DNA of 64,000 nucleotides, taken from NCBI GenBank assembly GCA_002189035.1, contig CM007992.1:2976001-3040000 (forward strand), written 5' to 3'. The DNA is from Utricularia gibba. Taxonomy: Eukaryota; Plantae; Magnoliophyta. Made by a program: the position numbers and the translations under genes. The notes under the pieces were generated by a model. That model had not been told where the DNA came from. It ran no database searches and saw nothing but the letters and a program-made list of their open reading frames with translations. Positions 51,429 to 64,000 of this stretch are shown here, one piece after another. Numbering within the stretch: position 1 is the stretch's first letter; every line of letters starts with the position of its first letter.

Positions 51429-52507
51429 TCAACCTTGTTGATCAGCTGATTCACTTGATAAAGGAGGCAGCTCTGAGGTCTTGAGCAGGCGTAATCGCTT
51501 CACAGTTGAGATGAACATGCTGCCACAGGAATCCAAAACCATGTTATTAACTTATGTCACAGTTGTTGGAAACGAGAGTGAAAGAAGCTTACTCCCATGG
51601 CACATCACCAACCAGCATCCGGTCGGATTCACTGTCCTCATACACCAACGTGTATTTGCAGTCAGATGATTCGTTTCCAGCTGTATACATACACTCACCA
51701 CATGTTAGCCATCTCCTCCGTGTAAGACAGGAAGCAGCAAATGAAGTTATGTAACCTGGAAGAAGGCCTGTGAAGAGACTATCAACTGCAGATGTCAATT
51801 TTTCATAGCTGTTGTAAGCTTCAAGGTCAATTTTCCTCCCTATGGGAACTCCTTCCATGTTGATCTTCACAAACATGCTTCTGTGGGAGTTTTCAGCCGC
51901 TGAAGATGGAGCTGAGTCAGAGGTCAACTTCGAACAACCCCTATTTGAAGCATGTTTTCTGAATGCACGAACTGGGGGCCAGCCCACAACTTGACCAGTA
52001 GCTGCCCTGTTTCACAAAGGGTCCCACACTCAATAGACAAAGAGGATTTCCATTCCATGGATGCTAACAACAAGAAACCAAAATTCAGACAGGCAAAAAA
52101 ATGCATTGATTTCGAAGATGTGAGCATTCATGTACCACCAGAAATTGGTAAAGCAGTGAAGGATCAAAAAAATGGCACCTTTTATTAGAGCTGCTGTTGT
52201 TGTGGAGAGGTGGTTTTGCAGATGCTGAACCCACCCTTTTCTCTGTTCCTAGAGACGGCTCCTGAATATGAAGGTGAAGAAGAGAAGATTTCTTCTTGCT
52301 TGATAAATAGCAACCAGTAGAGTTTTTTTGCCGGGTTTCATATCTGTTTCTTGTTTCTCCTGCACCTCCAGGTGGACCAAGGCTTAGATCAAGACTTCCA
52401 TCTTCTGCAACTGATTCTTCTCCTTCCTTCACAACCCCCCAATCTCCATTTCTGGGTATCAAATCCAGCAGCTGAGGATACCCCACATCATTTCTTGAAT
52501 ACTCCAT
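51429..52507 (-). CDS. IAA: Aux/IAA protein (IAA26/IAA18-like), 4 exons
   Basis: Exons 52507-52179, 52006-51756, 51680-51593, 51519-51429. Domain I LDLSL, degron VVGWPPVRAFRK, FVKINMEGVPIGRKIDL, YTLVYEDSESDRMLVGDVPW, MFISTVKRLR. Confidence 0.95.
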
Positions 52508-55350
52508 TTCTGCTGCTGGTTGAGAACACAGTAAGTTCAAAAAACAGAGAAAAAGTAAATGGTTTCAAGGAAGCCTTACCAGGAGACAAATATTTATCGT
52601 CTCCCAAAAGCCCACAACTCGATCAAATCAAAGACAAGGCCTTTTTACTAGTTTTAGGTTTGAGATAGGGAGCCAGACCTTTGGAGACGATGGAAAAAAG
52701 AGGGAAACTATTCATTATAACTTGCGGATTGCAATCTTGCTTTTATGGTGCGTAGTGATTGTCTTGTCGACTCCACATCTCTCCCCTCCCTCCCTCCCAC
52801 TAGTACACACACAAGGAACAGAAGCGAACAGAGAACTCTGCTTTCGGTTTCCTAAAATACAAATGAGAACCGCAGCTTGCAACCAAACTTCTTTTCCACT
52901 AAAGCTGACTGCGAAAAAGACAAGGGAATATTTATAAACACGCCCCTCGAAACATTGTCCATTTGCGCAAGCCAAGCCCTGTCCTGTCATCAGTAGACAG
53001 ACAGACAGATGCCGAGTCTCAATACCTGCTCCAACCTCAAACCTTATTGCACAGCGTGATCCCTGGGAATGGTCCGGTCCAGTCCCCTAGCGCGTAATTT
53101 GGTCATCGTTCGGACATGTAATGGCGGCAAGTTTTTGCGGCCAGGCTGAAAAGTAGGAATGGGGGGCGTTAGGTAGAGGGGAGGTTGGCCTCTGATCAAG
53201 GTCAAGCACCCACGCTTCAAACTTCAGACATGGGCGTGCTTGTGCCTGCCTGCCTGGTTCTGTTTCCTACTTTCAGGCATGGGGCATGCGTGAGAACGGT
53301 AGACATGAAATCAACTGCTCCATGTATCAAAACTTGGGCATTCCAGAACAATTTCCAAACACATTAAATTCTCTTTTTCGCAGATTTGCAGAAAATTATT
53401 GCACCAGGAACCACACGAATGGGTGGTGGTTGGTGACTAGTGACCACCCACCCTCCAAATCTGCTATCTCTCTTCTAAACTTCATCACCAGATTCTCTCT
53501 CTTTTCTGCGAAAACGCCTACCCTCACCCCTCTCATTCCAACCAGACTCTGAGCTTCAATTTTTGAACTGTTTTGTTTTTTCTGTCGAAGTCGTCCACAT
53601 GCTTCAACAGGGAACTGGGAAGAGGAGAGGAGTGGCGACGCCGTTGACAACACAAACAGGAAAATAACTGGAAGCGCATGTGCTGCGTTAAAGATGGCTG
53701 AATATTCGAAGCCGCAATCTTTGAAATGCCTTCGTTTTTTCCAAGTGGTGTTGCTTTAAACAGAACCAAGACAAAATGCTCATTTTGGCAAATGCTCCTT
53801 TTTAAAAGGATATATTCCTTTTTCCCCCCAAGCCAATCGGAAACCCTCATCATTCAATCTTTTATATTTTGCCAAAATTCGACTTATTCCAAAAAAAAAA
53901 TTTGAATAAAAAACCTTAATATTTAATATGTCGAAAAAATTAAACCTTATTTTTTAACTTAAATCGCATATTTCATCTCCATTTATAAAATTAATTTTCA
54001 TAAATTCGCGTATCACGCATAATTAATTCTCAAAATTTTATATTTTAGGTATTTTTAATCTACCATTATTTAACCACAGTTAGTTAATAACTAATTTTAT
54101 TATATTTTTAAATAGTTAGAGATTACCATTGCCAATTTTTTTTCTAACATTAGGGATTATTTATCCCAAACTAATTATGTAAACAATAAGTATTAAATTG
54201 TTAGAATCTAATTTTCTAAATAGAGTTTACCATGATTTTTAAATATTAAATATTAAATATGTTAAATTATTAAATAATGAGAATAACATAAAAATAGTGA
54301 ATATTATTTTTATAATTTTCATAAACGGTGGACCAGTTGAAAGTCCATAATTTTTCAAAATTTGATTGAAATAATTGAAATATATATAATTATATTATAT
54401 TTAATTGCTTAAATTTGAAATTATAGCGTAGTCATAATTCTAAATGAAATATAAATTCCATCCTATGGTAATAGTAGAGTCAATTAGAAAACAAAGCATC
54501 CAAATTAATCATTTTTAATGGTTAAATTTAGACTCGGTTTGGTTCTCATTATTTTTCGAGAATTGATTGTAATAAAATAGAAATTAAGTTTATGTTACTT
54601 TTTTATTTTTAATAAACACTTTTAAATTTATATTCTCTTTTCAAATAAATTCATTTGTATTTGATGATAAATTTAATTATGATATATTTTTTAAAAGTAA
54701 AAGATATTCCAAGATAATAATTAAGATTGACCATTTTTTATAAAAATGATGAACTCGTGTGATTCATTCCACCGAAATGACGTCATGCAATATGTCACCG
54801 GTGGGGTCACTTCTCAAGATAGGGTTCCGCAAGTTGGCGCACTGGATTTGACACTCAGACACGCCATCCGCCATCGCTCAGTCTGTGCCAACCCATACGT
54901 TGGGGCCCCACGTTACAAATTAATTATATTTTATAATTATCTTTATATTGTATTTTTTAAACGACCTGTTATTGTGGTGGGCCCATCTGCAGAGTATGGG
55001 CCTGCGATGGCCCGGAATGGCCCATCTCTGCAGGCCTCTAATAAGAAGACCATCACCCTCCTGCTGTCTGAGCTATGGAGGGTTCTCCCGAAGGACTGGA
55101 CTGGGCTGGTTCGCAGTTCAGCTAAAGGAAAAAACATGGGAAATCTTGACTACGTTTGTGCCAGAGGGAGAGCTACCTCTTTTGCAGGCCCGAGGGTAGA
55201 TGGCTCAACGATCTGGGCCTTGCTTGGGGTTGGAGACGGCGTGGTTCCTATTGGCGAGCGGAGGGGAGAAAGGGGACTGGAAGGGCAAACTGAGGTTCTT
55301 CCCAGAAAATCGAAGCTGTTGTGTTTAGGGAACGTTTTTGGTGACTCTTA

Positions 55351-56632
55351 ATGCCGGAAGCCGATTCCTCTTCTTCTGTTGACATGGGTAGGTTTTGATT
55401 TGTATACGCGTTCTATTTCATTAGCTGTTCGGAGACTTCCGATTTTGCTTCCCGTCCGAGTCTTGTTGCTTTGTATGCTTGGCCGTCGATGTACTTTACG
55501 ACGTTTCGCTTCACGTTCTTGGGGAGATGGAGATCATTTTTTTATAATATTATTTCAGGGAATGCCGAAGAGATGAACGGATGTAGTGCTCAGCCTGATG
55601 AATCAGGTCTCAAACTCTTCTAATCCTTGTAATGAAGTACTAGGTGGAGATTTTGTTGTAAAAACTCACTATCAGTGTTCGTTAAATGTGCGTTTTCTCT
55701 CGTTTTTTTCTGGGTACCAGACAGAAAAGCACGTGTGGATGTTCTGTGGCAGCAGATGAATAAGGGAGTTTCTGCAAACACTCTGAAATCCGTTTTAAGG
55801 AACAAGAACACAATGGCTAAGCCTCCAGAAAAACATCTGGGGCCAAAGTCATCTGGGGTATGAGAATGTATCTTCAAAGTTTCAGCGTAGCTGATTTTGT
55901 ATCCATCTTTGAATCTAAGTTTTGATTGTGAGTAACACTTCCCTTTAGGGATGGATGGGCTACCTTGGCCTCGGACCAAAGAAGGCACCATCACTTGGAG
56001 AAGATGCGGTTCAGAAACAGCCCAACGTACCCAAAAGTGCCGGGACTGAAGATGTCAAAAAAATGGCTGCTGCAGCTCTTGCAGCTGTTAAAGAAGCAGC
56101 TGTAATGTCTGCCATCGGTAGAGGGAAAGTTGAGGTGGGATTTGCTTATGCACATTTACATCACTACAAGTTTTGAGTTTTCTGATGTGCATCTGGCGTT
56201 ACAGATGAAAAGATAATGAATGCCGACACTGTTACAATGTCATCATCACTTGGCTCTACTTTGCAGGTCACTGAGGTTCGAGACTTCGCTGGTGAGGACA
56301 TTGAAGTGAAAAAACTCGTGGACGCAAAGGAGGCAGCAGAGAAAGGCAGAGCCGTGGCTGCTGGTGCATCTGCAGTGGATGCAGTTCTGGAGCAGATAAA
56401 AAAGAAACCCAAACTAAGTGTGCTAGACAAGACGAGGAAAGACTGGGGTGAGTACAAGGAAGAAAACAAGGGCGTGGAAGAAGAACTCGATGCCTACAAG
56501 AAAAGCTCCAACCAGTATCTGGATAAAGTTTCCTTCTTGCAACGAGCCGATTACCGGGAATTCGAGCGCGAACGAGACGTGAGGCTTGCGCAGCAGGCGA
56601 AGCGAAAAACCGATATGCGAGAGGACTTCTGA
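55351..56632 (+). CDS. SWC5: SWC5 / craniofacial development protein 1 (BCNT-C domain; SWR1 complex), 5 exons
   Basis: Exons 55351-55387, 55559-55606, 55721-55857, 55949-56134, 56267-56632 join in frame. RKARVDVLWQQMN, GKVEVTEVRDFAGEDIEVKK, KPKLSVLDKTRKDWGEYK...NQYLDKVSFLQRADYREFERER. The first two small exons are less certain. Confidence 0.9.
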
Positions 56633-57289
56633 GCATCCGCCGGAGCTGGCGACGGGGGCACACTACCACTGCAACTGCTGCTGTCTCATCCTCCCTCCCA
56701 AGACCACAGTATATCGGGTCGGGTTGTATGCGTCTATTTTATATGCCATCATTAGTTGGGTCGGGTTAACCTAAAACCGGTTCAGATGTGCATTGGGCTG
56801 ATGGGCCGCGTCCAGCCCATAAACATCACCCACTGTCTATGCATATTAATCATTTGTTAGGTAATGCATAAAAAATTATGCTATGCTAAATAATGTATTT
56901 GATAATCATTAATATTTAATATTATGAATGATATGCTTATGTAATTTTTTTATTTATGATGATATAAACATATCTAATTTAGTTCTTTTTTTAAAAAAAA
57001 TACAATGTTATATCTTTATTTCAATAAAGGTTTGATTTTAACTATTCATTTGCATACTTTAATAATATTATATATATAACTAATAATAAAATTATACCAT
57101 GATAAATAAATTTTATTTAAATAATATTATCTATAAACACACATTCATATTTTTTTAAATTACTCATAGATATTAATCTAACTTATATTTCATAACAAAT
57201 AAATTAAAATATACTATAAAATAAATCGTCTAATTGCAAAGAAAATAACGAAGAGAATAAAAATAACTTTTTAGAAACTCTTATTTCTT

Positions 57290-57948
57290 ATTCATCCAAC
57301 TTCGATAATATATCAACATTAATATAGATTTAAACTTATTTAAATAGAGAAACTATTGTTGTAACCATCATTACGATAACTACTTTCTAAATTATTCAAA
57401 CAACTCCAAGATGGTTTTAGGTTTTGTTCTGAATACTCCTCCTCAAGTTTGAATTATCTTTTATTTTAAATATATTTTTTAGCACAAAAAAGATTTTACA
57501 AGATAGAGAATTTGTGAAAATATTGCAGCACAATAAAGATACGATGAATCGGGTGAGCGTATATGTAAATCTCAAATATACAAAAAATATAAATCGTAAT
57601 ATAAAAGATTAAATTCAATCAATTATTTATAATATATATTTTTTATATTCTTGACTATTTTATTTTTATTTTACGATATGAAATTATATATTTTAACAGT
57701 GATGGACTTCGTTTGTGGCACAAGCTTAAATTGCTCTGATATCATTTTCTTGGGAGACAAATGAGCATTGAAGAGAAAAAACAAAAATTATCTCCAACTC
57801 TGATTTCTCATTCGATCAACTCAATTCATTCAACTTGAAGAATACATCAACATTAATATAAATGTAAACTTATCCAAACACGAAAACTACTTTTGGAACT
57901 ATCTTTAGAATAAATACTTTCTTAATTATTCAACTAACCTCAAGATGC
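57290..57948 (+). repeat. Diverged direct repeat, about 125-bp copies at 57290-57414 and 57824-57948
   Basis: ATTCAT.CAACTT.A..AATA.ATCAACATTAATATA.AT.TAAACTTAT..AAA...GAAACTA.T...GAAC.ATC.TTA..ATAA.TACTTTCT.AATTATTCAA..AAC..CAAGATG shared; offset 534 bp. Confidence 0.7.
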
Positions 57949-59407
57949 CTTCAAGTCTTGCTTTCAACAAAATGCAACCACTACAAAAGATATTGTTACA
58001 AGATTTATATTGTCCACTCGACACACTCATCATGTGAATAGTTCTCAAATTGAAAATATCCTTTCCTAGTAACCAGTTTGCTACTTGATATCGACTAGCA
58101 AAAGTCGAAAACGCCCTTCCCCTTTTTGTACGGACAAGTGGCTTTTGCATCCAAGAGATAAGCATGCAACGCTTTATTTCCTCGAGAGGAACAATGATGG
58201 GGGAACCAGGGCACAAAAGTAATATTATTTTAGTGAGAATTTCAGAGAAAAAAATTAAATAAAAGTAATAAAACACCCAATTTCAATTTCAAATCACCCT
58301 TTATTTTACATCTACGAAAAGACCCTCATCCATTGTCAATCTGACATCGTTTTATTGATGTAACGCGCATTTCATCAAAAAGTTTCAATAAAAAAGACTA
58401 TGTATTTAGAGATTAATTAAGTATCGATATCCCAAATTCATTATGAATAATAAAAAAGATGAAGAATTACTCTAATTTTATAAATATAAAACCACAAAAT
58501 TTAGTTATACGAAACATATAATATTATATAATAAAAATGTGAATCATAACATGTAACGACTCATATATGACTTACACGATATTATATACTTCGAATATTC
58601 AATTTTCATGATTTTACGTTTTCTTCATATTTGACCAATGTTTTCAAAAGGTCACCCTTATCTCAATTTAATCTAAGTCAAATATGTTTTTAGTGTTATT
58701 ATCAAGAATACTTGAATGTGTTAGAAAAAATTTTTTATATAAAATTTATATAATCATTCTACTCAATCTAATATCCTATCTTATCTATAATTGATATGAG
58801 ATTCATCAAGTACTTCTGCCATTCCATGGGGCAGAACATCATATAACATGTTAATGTCAAATCCAAGTAAAGGGGAACTCCCACATCGCAAAAAAGTGAA
58901 TATCACACTTCACAACGGTTAGTCGGGGACATTCATAAAGCAAGATATGCAATTTTGAAAAGTTGGAGGACTGGAAAGAAACACCTTCAGTTCTATGGAA
59001 CCTTTGCTCGTTTCCCAAAGAGAATTCTCCCAATTCGGAGGTGCCACGTGTTGAACCTTTGTGGCTAAGGAAACGATACCACTAGAAAACTGGAAACGTG
59101 GCCCCATCTCGTGTACTTTATGACAAGGCAGAGAAACCTGATACGCTTTTCATCTTACTTGTCACCAATTATTGTCACAAACAGAACCCGGAAATTACAG
59201 TTTTGGTCCCTCAAATTGTGCCTGATCTTGGTTTCAGTCCTCGTATTTGCATTTTTTTCGTTTCCGGCGACACTTTTGGCACCATGGATAAATGCTGTCC
59301 TATCCCCATTCTTCTATATATACATACAATCACAGATGCGGAGGCTTAAAACGTGAAAACCAGATCCGCCATAGATATTTTTCTTGGTTCTCTGTCTAGA
59401 GCAGGAG

Positions 59408-59863
59408 ATGGAGGAAAGGTTCCCAAAGAAGTTATGGAAAATGATTCAGCTCGTGTGCTTCATGTTAAGGAAGGGGATTTCTAAGCCAAGGGTTCTATCA
59501 GATCTCGGCCTCATGATAAAGCGGAGAGTCGCCGGAAAGCAAGGCGATCTTAGGCTTATGTTCGACTCCGGCGACCCGGTTAACAGCCACGCCACCAGCT
59601 GCAGCAGCACCCCAAGTTTCGATATTCCCTCTTTCCACCTTCTTAACAGCAGGAACCCTGCACGCGGCGATTTCCTGGCGGCCGCGATTGAGATTGTTAC
59701 TCGCAGCGCATCGGCGTCGCCGGCGCTCCCGGTAGTAAACACGACGGGCTCGCCGTTAACGGAGATTGGGATGGAGGAGGATTCCGGTGTTGATGAGGCT
59801 GCGGAGGAGTTTATACTGAGATTCTACAAGGGATTGATGCAGCAAAATGATACGGCTTCTTGA
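59408..59863 (+). CDS. DUF761 (cotton-fibre-expressed) / Avr9-Cf-9 rapidly elicited 146-like protein, single exon, 151 aa
   Basis: N-terminal KKLWKMIQLVCFMLRKGISK...DLGLMIKR and C-terminal VDEAAEEFILRFYKGLMQQ (DUF761 VDxxAEEFIxRFY motif). Confidence 0.85.
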   Translation: MEERFPKKLWKMIQLVCFMLRKGISKPRVLSDLGLMIKRRVAGKQGDLRLMFDSGDPVNSHATSCSSTPSFDIPSFHLLNSRNPARGDFLAAAIEIVTRSASASPALPVVNTTGSPLTEIGMEEDSGVDEAAEEFILRFYKGLMQQNDTAS

Positions 59864-60329
59864 GATACTTTGCTCTTTGGCTTTTATCGTTTTTTACTGT
59901 CTAATTACTGCGTTTTGCTAACAGTGACCCGGTTGAAGAAACTACGCAGTTCGGGTTTTTTTACCGCTGGTAAAAAACGTGTTCTTTGTTTCTTTTCCCC
60001 ATGGAATTTCAAATTGGGCCACAATGTATGGCTCAATTCTATTTCGGCCCACGGCCCACTAAATCAATGGACACGGATGCGATGCGTGTCTCGGGCAGAA
60101 AACGTTCCATACAACTGAAAAGACAGTTTTAACCTTTTCAGGATATCTATGTGATCGACTCTTGCTCTCATAATAAACATATTATTTTTCTATATGAAAG
60201 AAAAATAATACAATTACGAAAAATTTATAATACATAGATTATTTGTTTTACGTAAGTTTTGGAACCATTGCATCTCTTCCCTTTTTAAAGTAGTCAGTTA
60301 TTAACTATGGTTATAATCAAACGTTACAA

Positions 60330-61250
60330 TTTGGATCATGGACTTCAAGTTGAATTTCTTCTTCTTACTTATGTTTAAGCAAAATTGAGAACAATTCATC
60401 ATATTTCAATACTTTCCAATGATTTAATGATTCTAGAACTTTTGGGATATATTGGTCTTTTGGCTTCTTCATAAGGCTCATCTTATTTAGAAGATAGCAA
60501 AATTATATGAGATACAACCACATGGTGATTGTCTCAATCATTTGTCCTTTGGAAATAAGTATTATATATTGATGAGCTTTCTTTCAAGTAATCTCTGAGT
60601 ACATATTATTTGATGTTGATATGATTGCTACATCCAAAGTGAATAAGAATTTTTGTCATTAAGATAAATGATTTATAATCCATCATAAGAGGCACAAAAT
60701 TTCTAACTTTAAATTTTCATAGGGAAATTGCATGATTTGAGTCAATACATTCCATCATACTTTCTTGTTATCTCTGCCCACACTTTTCCACCTCTAATCT
60801 ATAATGGCAAAAAACATTATGAGGCATGGGTAGACAAAATGGAGATTTTCTAGATAATTTTGGTGGAATTTTTTTACAGTAAAGAAAGTTACAAAGAACT
60901 CCTCAAACTTGTCAAATGTAAAGAAATTAGTCCAATATTTAGCAGATGCAATAACAAGAAGATGAAAAAAAAGGAGCTTTTTAAATATTCTCAATTGGTG
61001 TTACAAGAGAAGCATACAATATGGTGATAGAATGTAAATCACCAAACATAATATGGAATGCATTACCCATTTCTAATTCCCTCATTGCATTTAAAAAAAA
61101 ACAAAAAGTAGATAAACATGTATTGGCATGTAGTTGATAGTCTCAACTATATGCCATGTCACAGCATTTCCAAATTATATAACAAGATTATAATATGAGT
61201 GAGGTGGGGATCACATAATGCTTGGTTTGAGAGTAGTTTTTTTTTAACTT
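60330..61250 (+). mobile_element. Highly decayed Ty1/copia reverse transcriptase remnant
   Basis: Scattered, stop-interrupted matches in the expected order: HKAHLI (YKARLV) about 60470, EAWVDKM (PRAWYxRL) about 60823, YWHVVDSLNYM (YRSLVGSLxYL) about 61121. Weak, recognised by eye. Confidence 0.35.
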
Positions 61251-62930
61251 AAGCTGTCATCTCACAATTGTCACTATGAAAAGGAAACAAAACTTGTAGC
61301 TTTCTTCTTAAAGCATAAAGGCTAGTATGGCAGATGGGATAGTAATAAATAGGATTAGAGTTATGTTTTGTACATTGAAAATAAAAATAATACAAAAATG
61401 ATTTTTATATATAAATCGATATATACATTTACCATTTTATTAATTTACATTTTTAACCTTTAAATTATTTAACATATTTAATATATTTCTTCCCATATCT
61501 AAAATGGACTTTATTATACCAACAATAAAAAAAAATTAACAAAATACACAAAGGAGATAATCAAAACAACATAAAAAGATTAAAATCAACATTTTACTTT
61601 TTTTAGATGCATAAAATAATTCATAGGGTTCACATACACGAGCCACGAGGATAGAAGTACAAAGTAATGCTGAGAAAATAAGAATTTAAAATTTTCTTAA
61701 GAAAATAATAATATTAAATAAGATTATAAATAAAAGTTCAAAATTGTTCAAAGTAATCATTTAAAACCTGAATATTCACAAACCCATGAATATGGTGGGT
61801 TCGAACACACCAACTTGGAAAATAACAGGTTTGTTTTAAAAGAAGATTTAAATAAATTATGGCTACCAAACGTATAATATATATTTACTATCCAAATAAA
61901 ACTAATGTATCATGCCCTACCAAACTAGCCCTAAGAGTGCAATTGTATCCCATGAACTTGTGAGTTTTATTGTAAAAGAAAAAAAATATTGTAAAATTCA
62001 TACACATATTGCATAGGCAACCATTGCAATTTTAACCATAGGTTTGCCATTCAATTTCCTCTTTTTACCAAAAATGGTTGAGAAAATTGGCATATTTTAA
62101 CACTTTGTTTATGTATTTAAATTTAAAAAGCAAATAAATACAAATTACAACAAGCTGAAGGCAGGTGATGACATCTCCATTGACATGTCGCAACATGGAA
62201 CATGCCCATAAACACACACAGCCCATGCCAAAAATTGAAAGCACAAAATAAACTAATCATTTTGGCCACCTGTGAGCTGTCCTCCGCCACCGCATCATGG
62301 GGCCTACCAAAAATAATCAATATTTAAATTACCTCACATAAATAAAATATAATTAATATTCAGTTTTCCCTAATGAAAAAAAAAACCACGTGTCCCCGTG
62401 GACCTTGAGACAGTGATTCGTGAATGTCCATCCGTTTCGTTTCACGGGTAAAGAAATTTACCACAAAGTCCAACCACGGGGTGCCACGTTTTCCCATGTG
62501 AAATGACAATACTGCCCTCGCATTATAACCGGCTGCATACTTGGGTGGTCGTGTTACAGAGCAGCGGCCACAAATGGAGGTGGATCGATTCTCAAGGAGG
62601 CGGCCTGTTGGTAAATAGGAGTGGGGGTGAGGGTAAAATGGGAAGAGTGGAATATGAAGGAAAAAAAAGCAACCTTTCCACAGTGAGAAGTAAGCTATGT
62701 TTTAAAATTCAAACAGTGGAATGGATAATATTATGGTGGAGTGTTTCCGGAACTGCCCCTGCTTTCACTCCTGAAAAAGCCACCTCCACCTCACCTTCAA
62801 TACAGATGGATAGATACACACACTCCTCCTCTCTCCCCAGTAGGAAATTCTCTTTGTGGTTGCTGGGATAGGTGTTTTTTTTCTTCTCTCCTCTTGGTGT
62901 GGGAGTGTGAGGAAAAAGGTGTGTGTTTTG

Positions 62931-63982
62931 ATGGAGTATTTCGTTTCCGATTACTCTGAGTTTTCATCGGGTGACAATAAGAACAACAATGCGGGTACCC
63001 ATTTCACTATGGATGATCTGCTTGATTTTTCCAAGGAAGAAGAGACGATTACCGACGCGGATGCGTTTCTGGTGAATTCTGGTGATTTTTCCACTCTTAA
63101 TCCTGTTGAGAGTTGCAATTCGTCGGTTTCCGGTGGCCCTGAGCCTCCGCATTGCGACGGGAAAATCGCTTGCCAGAGCTCTGTCACCGATTCCTCATCC
63201 CAATTTCCTGGGAACGACCTCTGCGTTCCGGTAATTTTTTTGTTTTTTGAATTTTTTTGGGGTTGTTGAGTTTGGGTTTGATTGTTTAAAATGTGTAAAA
63301 TTAGTACGAGGATTTAGCGGAGCTGGAATGGCTGTCGAATTTCGTGGAAGAATCCTTCTCAAACGAGGACCTTGGCTGTTTAATTCCGGCGACGGCGAGC
63401 GACACGTCATCCTCCATCACCGGCATTCCGGTGCCAGTGCAGGCATCGACGCCGATGCCGGCCACGTTTCCGTCGGAAGTGTCGGTGCCAGGGAAAGCCC
63501 GTAGCAAGCGGCCACGCGCGACGCCCTGCGACTGGTCCTCACGCGTACTCCATGTGGCGGCGGCGAAGAAACATGACTCCGGTGGCAACGGCGCACCGGA
63601 AACACCCCACACCGCCCGAAAATGCCTCCACTGCGCGTCGGAGAAGACTCCCCAGTGGAGAACGGGGCCAATGGGCCCGAAAACCCTGTGCAACGCGTGC
63701 GGCGTGCGCTACAAATCAGGGCGACTGGTGCCGGAGTATCGCCCCGCGGCCAGCCCCACATTCGTCTCCAACAAGCACTCCAACTCCCACCGGAAGGTGC
63801 TGGAGCTCCGGCGCCAGAAGGAGCAGCAACGGCAACAAGCAATGGGTCGTGTCTCCATATTCAACGGTTGCGATGATTTCATGATTCATCACCACTCTCA
63901 ACGCCCAGGATTCAAGGCACATGATGTAGGCCACTTTGACGAACCCGCTCCATACCCAATCGGCGGCGCCGCGCTCTTCTAA
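62931..63982 (+). CDS. GATA: GATA zinc-finger transcription factor (subfamily I, GATA9/12-like), 2 exons
   Basis: Exons 62931-63230 and 63305-63982 (the true stop may be 63929). [91 protein letters not shown]...[15 protein letters not shown]. Confidence 0.95.
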
Positions 63983-64000
63983 ACTCACCGGCGCAGCCTC

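Noticed and set aside
58879-58888. Perfect plant snRNA upstream sequence element core TCCCACATCG
   Set aside because: No TATA box at either Pol II or Pol III spacing, and the downstream sequence resembles no U snRNA, 7SL, MRP or telomerase RNA that I recognise; a T4 run follows early.
62806-62871. 21-aa uORF MDRYTHSSSLPSRKFSLWLLG before the GATA ATG
   Set aside because: The ATG lies just before the CA/CT-rich tract where the TSS probably falls, so it is likely not transcribed; no evidence of conservation.

Overview
Gene-dense 64 kb window of a flowering-plant (eudicot-like) nuclear genome. It has GC-richer genes separated by very AT-rich intergenic DNA; the species cannot be determined. I built exon-level models for 18 protein-coding genes: EPFL peptide, MYB26-like R2R3-MYB, LBD22/27-like, NHL/LEA_2, FLX-like 3, USP-domain receptor-like cytoplasmic kinase, PS2/PECP1-type HAD phosphatase, crooked-neck splicing factor, core-2/I-branching (DUF266) glycosyltransferase, TrmA/RlmD-type RNA m5U methyltransferase, GDSL lipase, profilin, OXS3-like, nuclear poly(A) polymerase, Aux/IAA, SWC5/BCNT, DUF761/ACRE146-like and a GATA factor. 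There is also one tRNA-Asn(GUU), two AT-rich MITE-like families with three copies each, two decayed Ty1/copia fragments and a 60-bp degenerate minisatellite. Four genes need a 1-bp correction inside a G/C homopolymer to restore the family reading frame and a fifth needs a 1-bp correction outside one, which most likely reflects assembly error. The best leads for new biology are: a relay of two uORFs (ATGA overlap, then an intron-spanning uORF ending TAA-ATG) in the FLX-like leader; two inferred GC-AG introns (crooked-neck, poly(A) polymerase); an unexplained promoter-flanked GC-rich island at 43.05-43.57 kb with box C/D snoRNA-like candidates; and an unannotated TATA-driven small-ORF locus at 37.5 kb. 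I could not demonstrate a new biological system; these are testable candidates. All family assignments come from motif recognition, not database searches.
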